From: Mobula hypostoma
Taxonomy: Eukaryota
Direction of reading: 5' to 3'
Length of the DNA stretch: 64,000 bases
Assembly (NCBI RefSeq): GCF_963921235.1
Contig: NC_086097.1
Location: 107,200,001-107,264,000, forward strand
In this document: positions 24,550-36,693 of the stretch, one piece after another
How positions within the stretch are numbered: the stretch's first letter is position 1
Layout: each line of letters begins with the position of its first letter
Translations under genes and position numbers: made by a program
Notes under the pieces: generated by a model
The model's input: the letters and a program-made list of their open reading frames with translations, nothing else
Told to the model about the DNA's origin: nothing
The model's database searches: none

Positions 24550-27500
24550 ATTGTGTCTCATTGTGGGGAGTGCATCCCCACAAAATTATTCAGAAGCATT
24601 CCCAACCAGATGTCCTGGGTGAAACATGAGATCCTCAATCTGTTGAGGGCCAGATCAGTGGCATTCAGGTCTAGCAAACAAGTATGTTACAAGCAGTCCA
24701 GGTACAATCTCCGGAAAGCCATCTCGCATACTAAGTGGCAAATCGGACTAAACTTGAATCACTGATGGATGCTTGAAAGCTGTGGCAGAGCTAGAATGCT
24801 ATCACCTTCTACCAAGTGAAACCAAGCAACATAGGTGACAACAAGGTTTTCCTCCCCGATGAGCTCAATGAGTCTTGCTCTCACTTTGACCATCAAAATA
24901 GGCACCTTCACAAACTTCCATAGCCCCCAAAGATCCTGCGATTTCAGTCACTGAGATTGACGTGAAAGCTCCTTCAGGAGGGTAAACCCACGGAAAGCAT
25001 TCAGCCCAGAGAGGGTACTTGACTGAGTACTAAAGACTACCTCAAAGGCTATCATCCAGCAGCACTTGCATCCACTGTGATTAAGTGCTTTGAGAGGTTG
25101 GTGAAACATATCAACTTCTGCCTGAGAATTGACTTGGATCTGCTGCAATTTGGCTACCATCACAATAAGTCAATAGCAGATACCACTTCATTGGCTCAAC
25201 CCTAGAACATCTGGACAGCGAAGGTACAAACATCAGGATGTTCTTCATTGACTACAGCTTAGCATTCACTACTATCATCCCCTCAAAACTAATCAATAAG
25301 TTTCAAGTCCTAGGCTTCAATACCTCCTTGTGCAACTGGATCCTTGATTTACTCACGGACGCCAGACAGTTCAGATCAGCAACAATGTCTCTTCCACAAT
25401 TACCATCAGCACAGGTGCACCACAACTGGGCTTAACTCACTTTATACTTATAACTGTAAGGCTAAGCACATCTCCTACGCCATACCTAAGTTTACTGACA
25501 TCACTGTTGTTGGCTGAATCAAGGGTAGTTATGATTCAGCATTATAGGAAGGAGACTGGAAATCTGGCTGAGTGGTGCCACAACAGCAACCTCTCACTCT
25601 GTCAGCAAACCAAGGAGCTGATTAGTAACCTGAAGAGGTTCCCAGAGGTCCATGAGCCAGTCCTCATCGAGGGATCAAAGATTGAGAGGGTTAACCACTT
25701 AAAATTCCCCAGTGTTATCATTTTAGATGACTGTCTTGCATCCAGCACTTAAGTGAAATTACAAAGAAGGTACAGTGCCTCTACTTAGACAAACTCCTAT
25801 AGATGTACAGTGGAGAGAATATTGATTGGTTGCATTACAGCCTGGTATGGAAACACTAATGCCCTGGAATGGAAAAGGACACAACATGTAGTGGATAGAG
25901 CAGCGGTCCCCAACCACCGGGCCGCAAAGCATGTGCTACCGGGCCGCGAGGAAACGATATGAGTCAGCTGCACCTTTCCTCATTCCCTGTCACGCCCACT
26001 GTTGAGCTTGAACGCATGCAAGGTCATTACGCACGCGTCATCCATGGCAGCGCGGGAAGGAGATCAACTCCTGGAGCTTGCAAATGACGGCGGGCTGAAA
26101 AGTATGTTTGACATAACATCGCTGCCGGCATTCCGGATCTCAAAGTCAAGGCTAAATATCCTGATATAGCCATGAAAGCACTGAAAACGTTGCTTCCATT
26201 TCCAACATATCTCTGCAATGAATGCAACGAAAACCAAACTGCGGAATAGACTGACATAAGGAACCCCGTTCGAGTATCGCTGTCTCCCATCACCCCTCGA
26301 TAGGACCGTCTTGTTGTAGGAAACAAGTATTCAGCCCAGGGCTCCCACCGATTCAGCGCTATTGGTGTGTTGCCATGATTTTATATGTTCATACGGGGAA
26401 AATATGTGTTGTGTGTTTAATATCCAAACGTTACTTAAAATGTTATGATGCTATTGACTTACTTATATAACCATATAACAATTACAGCACGGAAACAGGC
26501 CATCTCTGCCCTTCTAGTCCGTGCCGAACGCTACTCTCACCTAGTCCCGCCGACCTGCACTCAGCCCATAACCCTCCATTCCTTTCCTGTCCATATACCT
26601 ATCCAAATTTTCTTTAAATGATAATATCCAACCTGCCTCTACCACTTCTACTGGAAGTTCGTTCAACACTTAACTTCAAGTTCCACTGTCCTCCCCGATA
26701 ATTGACTTATCGCTATATTCATGTGAGGAAAATATGCGCTGTGTGTTTAATATTAAATTCGTTAGATAAACCCTTTTAGAAACGAAATTGAGTGTATTAG
26801 CCACTTATTACCAATATTCCGGTCGTGATTGCCCCGCCCCCGTACCCGTACCCGTACAGTATCACCAAAAACTATTTGTAGAATGAAATCGGCGCGTACA
26901 CGCATGCGCACTGGTGCTCGCGCAAGGCTTCATGGTCATTGTAGTCTATCGGGGTAAACAACGTATTTGACTGCTACTCTTGTCCGTTGGCAACCCTACC
27001 GCCCCCCTCCCCCCGGTCGGCCGGTCCGCAAGAATATTGTCAATATGAAACCGGTCCGCAGTGCAAAAAAGGTTGGGGACCCCTGGGATAGACCTCTAGC
27101 CCAGCCCATCATGGGTAAAGCACCTCCCTACCATTCAGCACATCTATATTGAGTGCTGTCACAAGAAAGCAACATCCATTATCAAGGACCCTTGCCACCC
27201 AGGTTATGCTCTCTTCTTGCTGCTGCCATCAGGAAGGAGGTACAGGAGCCTGAGGTACACCATCAGATTCAAGAACAGTTATTACCCCTTAACCATCAGG
27301 CTTCTGAACCTGAGGGGATAACTTCAGTCAACTGCACTTGCCCCAGCACAGAATTGTTCTCACAACCAGTGGATCACTTTCAAGGACTCTTCATCTCAAG
27401 TTCTTAATATTTTTTGCTTATTTATTTATTTATTTATTTATTATTTTTTAAAAATTATTTTTGCATTTTCACATTTTGGTGTCTTTTGCACATTGGCTGT

Positions 27501-27640
27501 TTGTCTGTCCTGTTGGGTGTGGCCTTTCATTGTGTTTCTTGTATTTACTGTGGATGTCTACAAGAAAATTAATCTCAGGGTTGTACATGATGACATATAT
27601 ATACTTAAATAATAAACTTACTTTGAATTTTTTGACAACC
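24550..27640 (+). mobile_element. Degenerate Rex1/Babar LINE split by a hAT element
   Basis: [28 protein letters not shown] peptide; AATAAACTTACTTTGA tail; (TTTA)n at ~27417-27443. Confidence 0.8.
25901..27085 (+). mobile_element. Non-autonomous hAT-Charlie DNA transposon with transposase C-terminal remnant
   Basis: TIRs CAGCGGTCCCCAACC / GGTTGGGGACCCCTG; 8-bp TSD GGATAGAG / GGATAGAC; ~26085-26350 encodes broken KYPDIAMKALKTLLPFPTYLC..TKTKLRNRL..RVSLSPITPR (hAT dimerisation region). Confidence 0.9.
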
Positions 27641-27699
27641 TTCTACCCTTATGCACGACAGCACCAGCCTTTTTTGTCACCTACAAACTTACTAACCCA

Positions 27700-28330
27700 C
27701 ACCTTCACTTCCAAATCCAAATGAGTTCCTATTTCCTTGTCAGGTTAGTTTAAAACCTCCCAACAGTTCTAGCAAACATGCCCCAAGGGCATTGGAACGG
27801 CTTCAGTTCTCGTGTAACCTATCCCTTTTGTACAGATCATACGTTCCCCAGAAGAGATCCCAAACGTCCACAAATCTGAAACTCTGCCCTCTGCACCAAT
27901 TCTTGAGCCACATGTTCAACTGCCAAATCATCCTTATCCTCACAGATGCATTCACAGACAGCAATATGGAGATCATTACCATTGGGGTCCAGTTTCTCAG
28001 CTTTCCACTTAACTCTTTATATTCTGACTTCAGGAACTCATCCCTTTTCTGACCTATGTTATTAGTGCTAACATGTGCCACCACTTCTGTCAGCTTCCCT
28101 ACCCGCCACCCTTAGGAATGCTGTGGTCACTGGCTCCAGAAGCTGATAGGTTCTTGATTAGTAAGGGTGTTAAAGGTGATAAGGGTGAAGGCAGGAGAAT
28201 TGGGCTGAGAGGCATAATAAATCAGCTGTGATGGAATGGCAGAGTAGACTTGATAGGCTGAGTGGTCCTATGGTCTCATCGACTAGATCTGAGACGTCCC
28301 TGACCCTGGCACCTGTGAAGGGAAATAGCA
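27700..28330 (-). mobile_element. CR1 ORF1 esterase fragment, with a small plus-strand CR1 tail inside (~28135-28280)
   Basis: ORF 27803-28084: VAHVSTNNIG...QLNMWLKNWCRGQSFRFVDVWDLFWG..YKRDRLH. Confidence 0.7.
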
Positions 28331-28339
28331 TCTGGGAGT

Positions 28340-31300
28340 ATCTTTAAGTGTAATGAACTTTAATGTCAGTCACTAGGACTAGTGTAGTAAGTCCATCACT
28401 GACTGAGACATGGTCTGCAATGGTAGTAAGCAAATCATCACGAGGCCTCGTCCTTATCAAGCTACCTGTTACAAATGTGTCCAGAACAGAATATAGAGCA
28501 GTAAACATTATACAATGGTTATGAAGAAAAGTCACATCTTGATGCCACAGATATTCTCCATCATGTTGCATAGCACCACCCTACTTCAGAAAGGAACAGA
28601 CTCAAAACAGAACTGATAGTTCAAACTCAGGAATCGAGTGGAGCATCAGTGGAAATTTCTTCCAGCAAACTGCAACCCTCTGGCCTGAAAAATTCCTTAT
28701 TCTACAATTATAATCAAGTCAGAGATCAACCCTGTTTCACTGCAAGGTGCAGAAGAGAATGCTAGGAGCATCAATCAATAAACCCAAGGATGAGATATCA
28801 GCCTGGGGAAGCTGCAGAGCAACTCTGCATGCTTGTTAAATAGCAAAAAGGGCATGTCATACACAGATCCCACAACCACATAACAGATCCAAAATATGCA
28901 CCTCTAAGCTACAATCATATATCGAGGGATGTTGCATAGCTGATGAAAGGAGGCTCTAAGAAAAATTGTCATCCTCAGAACTGGCAACTGGCAGGTGGGC
29001 ATTGAAGACAAGGCTGAACCATGTATAATTAAATTAGCTAAGTGTAAGATTCTCCCTGAGGCACTCACTACTTTCGGTCAAGTTAATTTTTTTCAAGTGA
29101 TGCAAATAAAAGACAGGTCATTGGATATAGCAAAGGCATTGCCATTAGACAGTATCTCAGGCGTAATATGGCAGACTTCAGCCTCCAGCTCAACAATATA
29201 GAAAATCGCTCAGATATGTAATGCGCATGAAGGGCAAATCCAGTCCATTTAATTATCATCAATCAGTCTACTGCTATTCATCAACAAAGTCTTGATGGTA
29301 TTGTCAATGGTATAATTGGGTGGCACTTACTACCCACTAATGCTGTAGTTACTAGGACAAATCAGCTCGAGACCATATCATAGCCCAAATCCACACGTGG
29401 ACAAAAGATCTGACTTTTAGAGATGAGAGTGAGAGGACAATATATAACTAACTTTGACAAGAAAGAGCCCTAGTACAGCTAAAATCAATGGACTTCAAGG
29501 GGGAAAAACTCTAATTTTGGAATCTGCTGCAAAGGTAAAACGGCTTCCGTGGGGGAGGAGTTGGTGGGGGAGGAATTATTGAAGTTCAGACCAAGACCCT
29601 GCATCAGAACTGAGATAGGAGAAGGCAAATAGCCGGTCTAAAGGGGAGAGCAGGTTAAGAGTAGATCAATGCGAGTAGGTGAAGGACAAGCAGGAGTGAA
29701 GGATAATGGGCAGATGGAGCCAGGTGGGTGAAAAAAAGAGAAAGGTGGAGACTGATAAGTGGGAACACAAAGACAGCTGGAGTCTGATAAGTGAGGAAGG
29801 TGATAATGGGAACCATTAGGTGAGAGAGGGAGAGATGAGTGACAGGTGAATCTGTTGAGTGAATTAGTGAGTAGGGAGAAGATGGAATTAGGAAAGGGAG
29901 CTGGTGAAAATGGCTGATGGGGGGGAGTTGGCTGGAGAGGTTTATGGGAAAAGAATCAGATATGGAAAAACTGATATAGACCAGAAGGAAAATGAGAGGG
30001 GGAATGCAGGAGGTAGGTGTTACTTGAAGTTGGAAAATTCAATGTTCTTATAATTGAGTTGTAGACTATCCAGTGGAAGAAAGTCTAGGTTGGGCTGACA
30101 ATGGAGAGTGTGAGAATGGTAAGGGGAATTGAAATAACATGCAAATGGAAGCTCAGAAAAGGAATTGTGGAGAAAGAATAAGTGCTCTGCAAATCAGTTA
30201 GCTAGCCTCACTTAGTCTCACTGATATAGAGACCACATTGGGAACACTGAATACAGTAGATAAGATTAGTGGACGTGCACGTAAATTTTTGCTTCATCTG
30301 GAAGGTCTGTTTAGGACCCTGGATGAAGATGAATGAAGAGGTGCAGGACCAAGTGTTGTCCCTCCTGCAGTTGCAGGGATAAAAGCCAGAGGTCAGTGAG
30401 GGATGAGTGAACCAGGGAATCATGGAGGGAGTGGTCCCTTAGAAGGAAAAAGAGAGGGTAGTGGGAGAATTACATTCAAAGTTCAAAGTAAATTTATCAT
30501 CAAAAGTATGTATAGTTCACCATATACTACCTTGAGATTCATTTTCTTGCAGACATTTACAGAAAAATAAAGATATACAATAAAACTTATGAAAAATAAT
30601 AAATAACTGTGCAAAAGAAGACAAATCATGTATATATTAAAATGTAACTAAATAGCATTGAGAACATGAGTTGTAGAGTTCTTGAAACTTAGTCTATATG
30701 TTGTGGAGTTATCCACACTAGTTCAGGAGCCTGATCATTGTAGGGCAATAACGGTCTTGAACCTGGTGGTGTGGAACTTAAGATTCCTGTACCTCCTGCT
30801 CAGTGGTTGAAGCTACTGATGGGATCATTGACAGAAATTACAAGGGATGATGTGATGGATGAGGAAGCTAGTATCCCTGGGGTCATACCTTGCTCAAAGC
30901 AGCTGTTTGTGGAGGTCAATTAACCAGTGCTAGGCCGCTGTTACTGGAATTTCTCAGGATAGTGTCTGGGTCCGACCATCTTCTGGTACTTTACTAATGG
31001 CCTTCCTTCCATCACAAGGTCGTAAGTTCACTGATGATTGCACCATGTAAAATTGCATTTATGATTCCTTTACATTAAAGCAGTCCATACCTGCATGCAG
31101 CAAGACTCAAACAACCTCATTGCATATTGCAAGTACCATTTGTGACACAGAGGGCCTGGCCATAAACTTCTCCAAAAAGGGAGCAAATAACCACCCACAC
31201 TTGACATTGTCACATTAGCACTGCTGAGTCTTCCATCATTGCTACTGCAAGGGGTCACAGTTGATTAGAAACTGAATCGGATCAGACAGTTGTCTACTAC

Positions 31301-31760
31301 AGTAAAGGAACATATCAGAGGTGTGTATCCTGCAGCAAATATCTTATCTCATCATACCCCAAAGCCTTTTCTCCACTTACAAGAAACAAGTTATGATAGG
31401 GTGCTCTCCACTCATCTGGACCGGTCAGCGTCAAAAACACTAGAGAAGCTCAGCAAATTCCAGAGCAAAATAACTTTGTTTGGTTGGTATTCCTGAAACA
31501 CTCATTCCATTTATCAATAGTACCAATAGCACCTACTAAACCTGCAATTTTCACTGCCATGTACAGGTTCCTCTCTAAGTGGCACACCATCCTGATTGGG
31601 AAAGATTCTTGTTCCTTCATAATTGCTGGGTGTAAATTCTGGAACTATCTACCCAATAGTATTATTGATGTAAAAGGACTCCAGCAATCCAAGAAGGTGA
31701 CTCAACATTGCTTTCTTGAGAGCAATTAGTGAAGGCCAATAAACACTTATGGCCATTCCC
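28340..31760 (+). mobile_element. Highly decayed ancient LINE (CR1/L2 group), interrupted at ~29520-30870
   Basis: Residual RT-like text (AAGTTCACTGATGATTGCAC) and a 3' end AAGGACTCCAGCAATCCAAGAAGG..CAATAAA resembling 650-750; related pieces at 11830-12010 and 50940-51400. Confidence 0.5.
29520..30470 (-). mobile_element. Old Penelope-like fragment
   Basis: ORF 30208-30423 FTCTSTNLIYCIQCSQCGLYISETK (GIY-YIG); decayed hammerhead at ~29583-29612. Confidence 0.75.
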
Positions 31761-31827
31761 AAACACTGACTAAGAGTGATCATACTATGATATACATCGT
31801 ATATCATGATACTACAATGATATCTCC

Positions 31828-32290
31828 CGTACGTAATTAGGTGGCCACTAAATGTATGCTTGTTGTCTTCTGCTGCTCTAGTTTTTTGACTTCAAGGTTT
31901 CATGTGTTCTGCATTCAGAGATGCTCTTCTGTACATCCAGGTTGTAACGTGCGGGTATCTAAGTTACTGTCACCTTCCTGTCAGCTTGAACTAGTCTGGC
32001 CATACTTCTCTGAGCTCTCCCATTAACAAGGCATTTTCACATACAGATCTGCCACTCACTGGATGGTTTTGTTTTTTACACCATTATCTGTAAACTCTAA
32101 AGACTGTGGTATGTGAAAATCCCAGGAGATCAACAGTTTCTGAGATACTCAAATCACCCTGTATGGCACCAACAATCATTCCACAGGTAAGTCAGTTCGA
32201 TCACGTTTCTTCCCCATTCTTATGTTTGGTCTGAATAACAACTGAGCCTCTTCACCACATCTGCATGCTTTTATGCATTGAGTTGTTGCG
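31828..32290. mobile_element. Tc1-like DNA transposon relic
   Basis: TIR-like GTACGTAATTAGGTGGCCACTAAATGTA and body text recalled from fish non-autonomous Tc1 elements. Confidence 0.5.
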
Positions 32291-33364
32291 GAGAAAGGTG
32301 TCTACATATGACTCTCCCTCTCCTTCTCCCCCCGCAAAGAAGTCCCTGAAATCAAATGATCCCTCTCTCCCTCAATGCTGTCAGAGGATAATGCCAGATT
32401 TCTAGGTCTTGGAAAAAGTTTAATCGACAAGGTTTGTGAATTGATCTCTGTGGTTTCTGGTCACTACTTTTTTGTTGCTCTTTTGAGTGATTTTGGATCA
32501 GGGCAGCCTGCAGATAATGGACACTGAGCTGATCTGATATGCCTACACTCTTTTGTTTATGTGTTTCATATTCTGTGCACATCGCTCATCTTTTTGGTTG
32601 CCATTTGCACAATTTTTTTCCACATGGGGGGTTGATGTTTTTCTTTGAATGAGTTCCATGGTTTTCTTTGTTTCATGGCTGACTGTGGGGATGACAAATC
32701 TCAAGGTTGTATATTGCATTCATACTTTGATAAAAAATGTACTTTCAACTTTGAATCTTTGAAGCAGTAGTACATTTTAAAGAAATATTTGAAAATTCTC
32801 AATGAACTTACATTCCATTGAGAAGTCTAAAACTCCACAGGACAATTGTTCTACTCATTGCTTTACGTAAAACAATTAGAGTGCTATTCAGCATCTACAA
32901 TAGTTAATTTAAAAAATAATAAAGGGTGACTAAAAGGTGATTAAAAAAAGACAGAATGAAACTTAAAATGACAAATCTTAATGCCCATTTACATTCTGCA
33001 GTGTTTCCAAAAAAGACATTTGATCGTGGTTAGTCCATATTTATATTTGATTCTCAGTGAAATCACCCTTAATCACCCATATTGGCCTTGTGATTTCCAT
33101 GCCCAGTTCCTGACCTGGCATCAGATACAAGCCTGATGGTATCACGAACCATTAATCACACATTTCTTCCATTTTTAACGTGACTTACAGCCTCTGAGTG
33201 TAACTTCTGATCTTGAATGAATACCTACAAAGAACACATTTGGATGAAACTTCAATTAAAGGATCTGCACCATGTCACTGACATTCTGCCATAAAGCATC
33301 TCAGTCATCAGTGCTCAGAATATTGGTTTTCCTTTTAATTACCACAGCCTTTTCATGCAGTTCA

Positions 33365-33798
33365 GCTTCTCATCATCATTATTATGCACCATGTTGTATG
33401 ATGTGGGCAATCATGGTCTTCTATCTGTTTTCATTGCCTGTGGGGAAGACCCTCTCAAGCAGTTGTTCTTATTCATTTCTCTATCCATGACCATGATTGT
33501 TCTTGGCAAATTTTTCTACAGAAGTCGTTTACCATTGCCTTCTTCTGGGCTGTGTCTTTACCTCAACCATTATCAATACTCTTCAGAGACTGTCTGCCTG
33601 GTGTCAGTGGTTGCATAGCCAAGACTTGTGATATACAGCAGCTGCTCATACACTCATCCCCCACCTGCTCCCATAGATCAGGGGAGAGGGGGTTGCCAAG
33701 CAGGTGCTACTCTAGGCCAAATGGTGACCTGTAGGCTAGCAGAGGGAAGGAGCCGCTTGCACCTCCTTTGGTAGAGACATATCTCCACCCCGTCGCCC
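33365..33798 (-). mobile_element. RTE-related SINE
   Basis: Minus strand has AGAAGGCAATGGTAAACGACTTCTGTAG (RTE/BovA-like motif) and an (ATG)n tail; the same motif occurs at ~55756-55780 (+). Confidence 0.55.
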
Positions 33799-34131
33799 TT
33801 TCAGTTTTTATCATGTTAATTATCTCATATTGGTGTGAGGCAGTTCTTGTGCTGATACGGGGAGAGTATCTCTGATTCTTTTATAAGTGAACAGTACATT
33901 AATGACAGGAGTGCTGTGAAATTTTCAAGCAGCTCAATGAACATGAGAGTGCACAGGTTTCTTTGTAGCAAGCCATCACAGCACTTTTTCTAATATATTG
34001 TTGCATAATTTTATGATTTCAGCAATAGTATATATGCAGCATATGATTTGGCCACAAACGGTAAAATTCAATTTGTAGGCAATGAAAACAGATAGTAGAA
34101 TTGCAAGAAAATAAACAAGTTTAATAGTAAT

Positions 34132-35318
34132 CCAATCATAAACAAAAAAAAAATCTGCAGATGCTGGAAATCCAAGCAACACACACAAAATGCTAGAGGA
34201 ACTCAGCAGGCCAGACAGCATCTATGGAAAAGAGTACAGTCAACGTTTCAGGCCGAGGTTCTTCATCAGGACTGGAGAAAAAAAAGATGAAAGAGCCAGA
34301 GTAAGAAGGTGGGGGGAGGCAAGGAAGAAACACAAGGTTATAGGTGAAACCAGGAGCGGGGGGGCGGGGGTCAATGTCTTCCTTCTTCAAAGAAAGGGGC
34401 TTCCCTTCTTCCACTTTCAATGCTGCCCTCAACCACATCTCTTCCATTTTGGGCACATCTGCCCTTACCCCACCCTCCCACCACCCCACCAAGTAGACTG
34501 TTCCTCTTGTCTTCACCTACCACCTCACCAGCCTCCACGTCCAGCACATAATTCTCTGTAACATCCTCCATCTCCAATAGGATCCCACCACATCTTTCCC
34601 TCCCACTTTCTGCTTTCTGCAGTGATTGGTCCCTATGCAACTCCCTTGTCTATTTGTCCCTCCCCCACTGATCTCCCTCCTGGCACTTATCCTTGCAAGT
34701 GGAACAAGTGCTACACCTGCCCTACACCTTCTGCCTCTCTATCATTCAGGACTCTAAACAGTCCTTCCAGGTGACATGACACATCACCTGTGAGTCTGTT
34801 GGAGTCTGTGGTATCCGGTGCTCCTGGCGTGGCCTCCTGTATGTCAGTGAAACCTGACATAGATAGGGAGACTGCCTTGCTGAACACCTATGCTCCATCC
34901 ACCAGAAAAAAAATGGGATCTCCCAGTGGACACCCATTGTAATTCCACTTTCCATTCCCATTCTGACATGTTAGTCCATGGCCTTCTCTACTGTCATGAA
35001 GAGGCCACATCAGTTTGGAGGAGCAACACCTTATATTCCATTTGGGTAACCTCCAAACTGATGGCATGAACATAGATATCTCGATCTTCTGGTTATGCCT
35101 CCAGCCCCCGCCCGCAACTTCACTATTCCACGTTCCCATTTCCCTCTCTCACCTTATCTCCTTACCTGCCCATCACTTCTGGTGCTCCTTCTTTTCTTTC
35201 GTCCATAGCCTTCTGTCCTCTCCTATCAGATTCCCCCTTCTCTAGCCCAGTCGACTGTTTACTCTTTTCCATAGATGCTGCCTGCCCTGCTGAGTTCCTC
35301 CAGCATTTTGTGTGTGTT
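34132..35318. mobile_element. Penelope-like element with short inverted arm (34132-~34370 minus; ~34371-35318 plus)
   Basis: EEQHLIFHLGNLQTDGMNIDI peptide; 14-bp TSD AGTTTaATAGTAAT / AGTTTgATAGTAAT (34118-34131 / 35319-35332). Confidence 0.85.
34237..34274 (-). ncRNA. Minimal hammerhead ribozyme with weakened helix II
   Basis: Minus strand: CAGTC-CTGATGA-AGAACCTCGGCCT-GAAA-CGTT-GACTG; perfect 5-bp helix I. Confidence 0.6.
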
Positions 35319-35985
35319 AGTTTGATAGTAATGTTAACTATAAGGCTGAAGTTTCAAAAATTATATTGAAGGACAAGGAAATGTTGCAGTAGTGTTTATG
35401 AGTTCAATGTCCATTCAGAAATCTGATGGCCCAAGGGCAAAAACTGTTCCAAAATCATTGAGTATGTGCCTTCAGGCTCCTGTACCTCCTCCCTGATGGT
35501 AGCAATGAGAAGACGGCATGTCCTGGTTGATGGAGGTCCTTAATGACGGATGCCGCCTTTTTGAGGCATTGGCTCCATGAAGATCTCCTGGATGCTGGGG
35601 AGGCTAGTGCCCATGATAGAGCTGACAGAGCTTACAACTTTCTACTACTTATTTTGATCTTGTGTAGTTGCTCCCCCCGCCATACCAGATGATGATGCAG
35701 CCAGTCAAAATGCTCTCCAACCGTAAATATTTGCTGGTGTCTTTGGTGACATATCAAATCTCCTCAAACTCCCTATGATATATAGCTACTGTCATGCCTT
35801 CGTTGTAGCTGCATCAATATGATTGGCCCAGGATAGATCCTCAGAGAGCTTAACACCCTGGAGCTTCAAATTACTCACCCTTTCCACTTCTGATCCCTCA
35901 GTGAGTTGGTATGTTTTCCCTCATCTTCCCCTTTCTGAGGTCTACAATCAATTCGTTGGTCTTATTGACATTGAGTACAAGGTTG

Positions 35986-36104
35986 AATCCTGCTGAAGGG
36001 TCTCAGCCCGAAATCCTGACGGTACTTTTTCCATAGATGCTGCCTGGCCTGCTGAGTGTGTGTTGCTTGGATTTCCAGAATCTGCAGATTTTCTCTTGTT
36101 TGTG
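35986..36104 (+). mobile_element. 119-bp PLE mini-insertion (decayed hammerhead + 3' terminus)
   Basis: Perfect 16-bp TSD ATTGAGTACAAGGTTG (35970-35985 / 36105-36120). Confidence 0.85.
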
Positions 36105-36228
36105 ATTGAGTACAAGGTTGTAGCTGCGACAGTGCTCAACCAGCTGATCCTTTTCACTCCTGTACACTTTCTCGTCACCATCTGAAATTCTGCCAACAAT
36201 TGTTATGCCATCTATATTTGGTATGTAT

Positions 36229-36413
36229 GGGGTGTCAGGGAAGGGTAGCACCTCTGGTGGGGGGACATGTCGCATCCTTTTCAGGGTGGTTTGTCCACCT
36301 TTGGTCCCAACCTAGGACTCAGCTCTCACCTGTGGCTCCCCATAGCTGTTTGCATGCGACAGCGGCTACACCCCGGGTAACAGCTTCAACAAGCCGGCTA
36401 AACCAGGTGAGGG
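36229..36413 (+). ncRNA. HDV-like self-cleaving ribozyme fold
   Basis: P1 GGGGUGU/ACACCCC, P2 CUCUCACCUGU/AC(C)AGGUGAGGG, P3 GGC/GCU, L3 starting UCC, P1.1 CC/GG, P4 hairpin and J4/2 GCUAA, all in the canonical order. Confidence 0.75.
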
Positions 36414-36693
36414 TAGCCGACGGGTCTCAAACCCCCGGTGGACTGAGCGGATGAGACCAAAGGAAGATCCAACGGTCAAGAAGGCGGTCTCTGCAAGCGT
36501 CGTGGAACACGTAGAGCAGGACAAGACACAGAAGATATCCTGGTCATTCACTGCACCTAGTCCCATCTCCACCCGTCTCAACTCTTGTCTTGCCACTGGA
36601 TCCAGATGGGAATTGGGAAGAGAGAGTGAGGCTGACGCTGTGTAACTCTCCCTCACTTAAATCCAAATCAAGCGCTAGTCTCGACACCATCTA

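Noticed and set aside
33700..33798. Possible second HDV-like fold at the 5' end of the RTE-related SINE (minus strand)
   Set aside because: Only a partial P1-like pairing (GGGCGAC / GUCACCA); P2, P3 and J4/2 could not be assigned.
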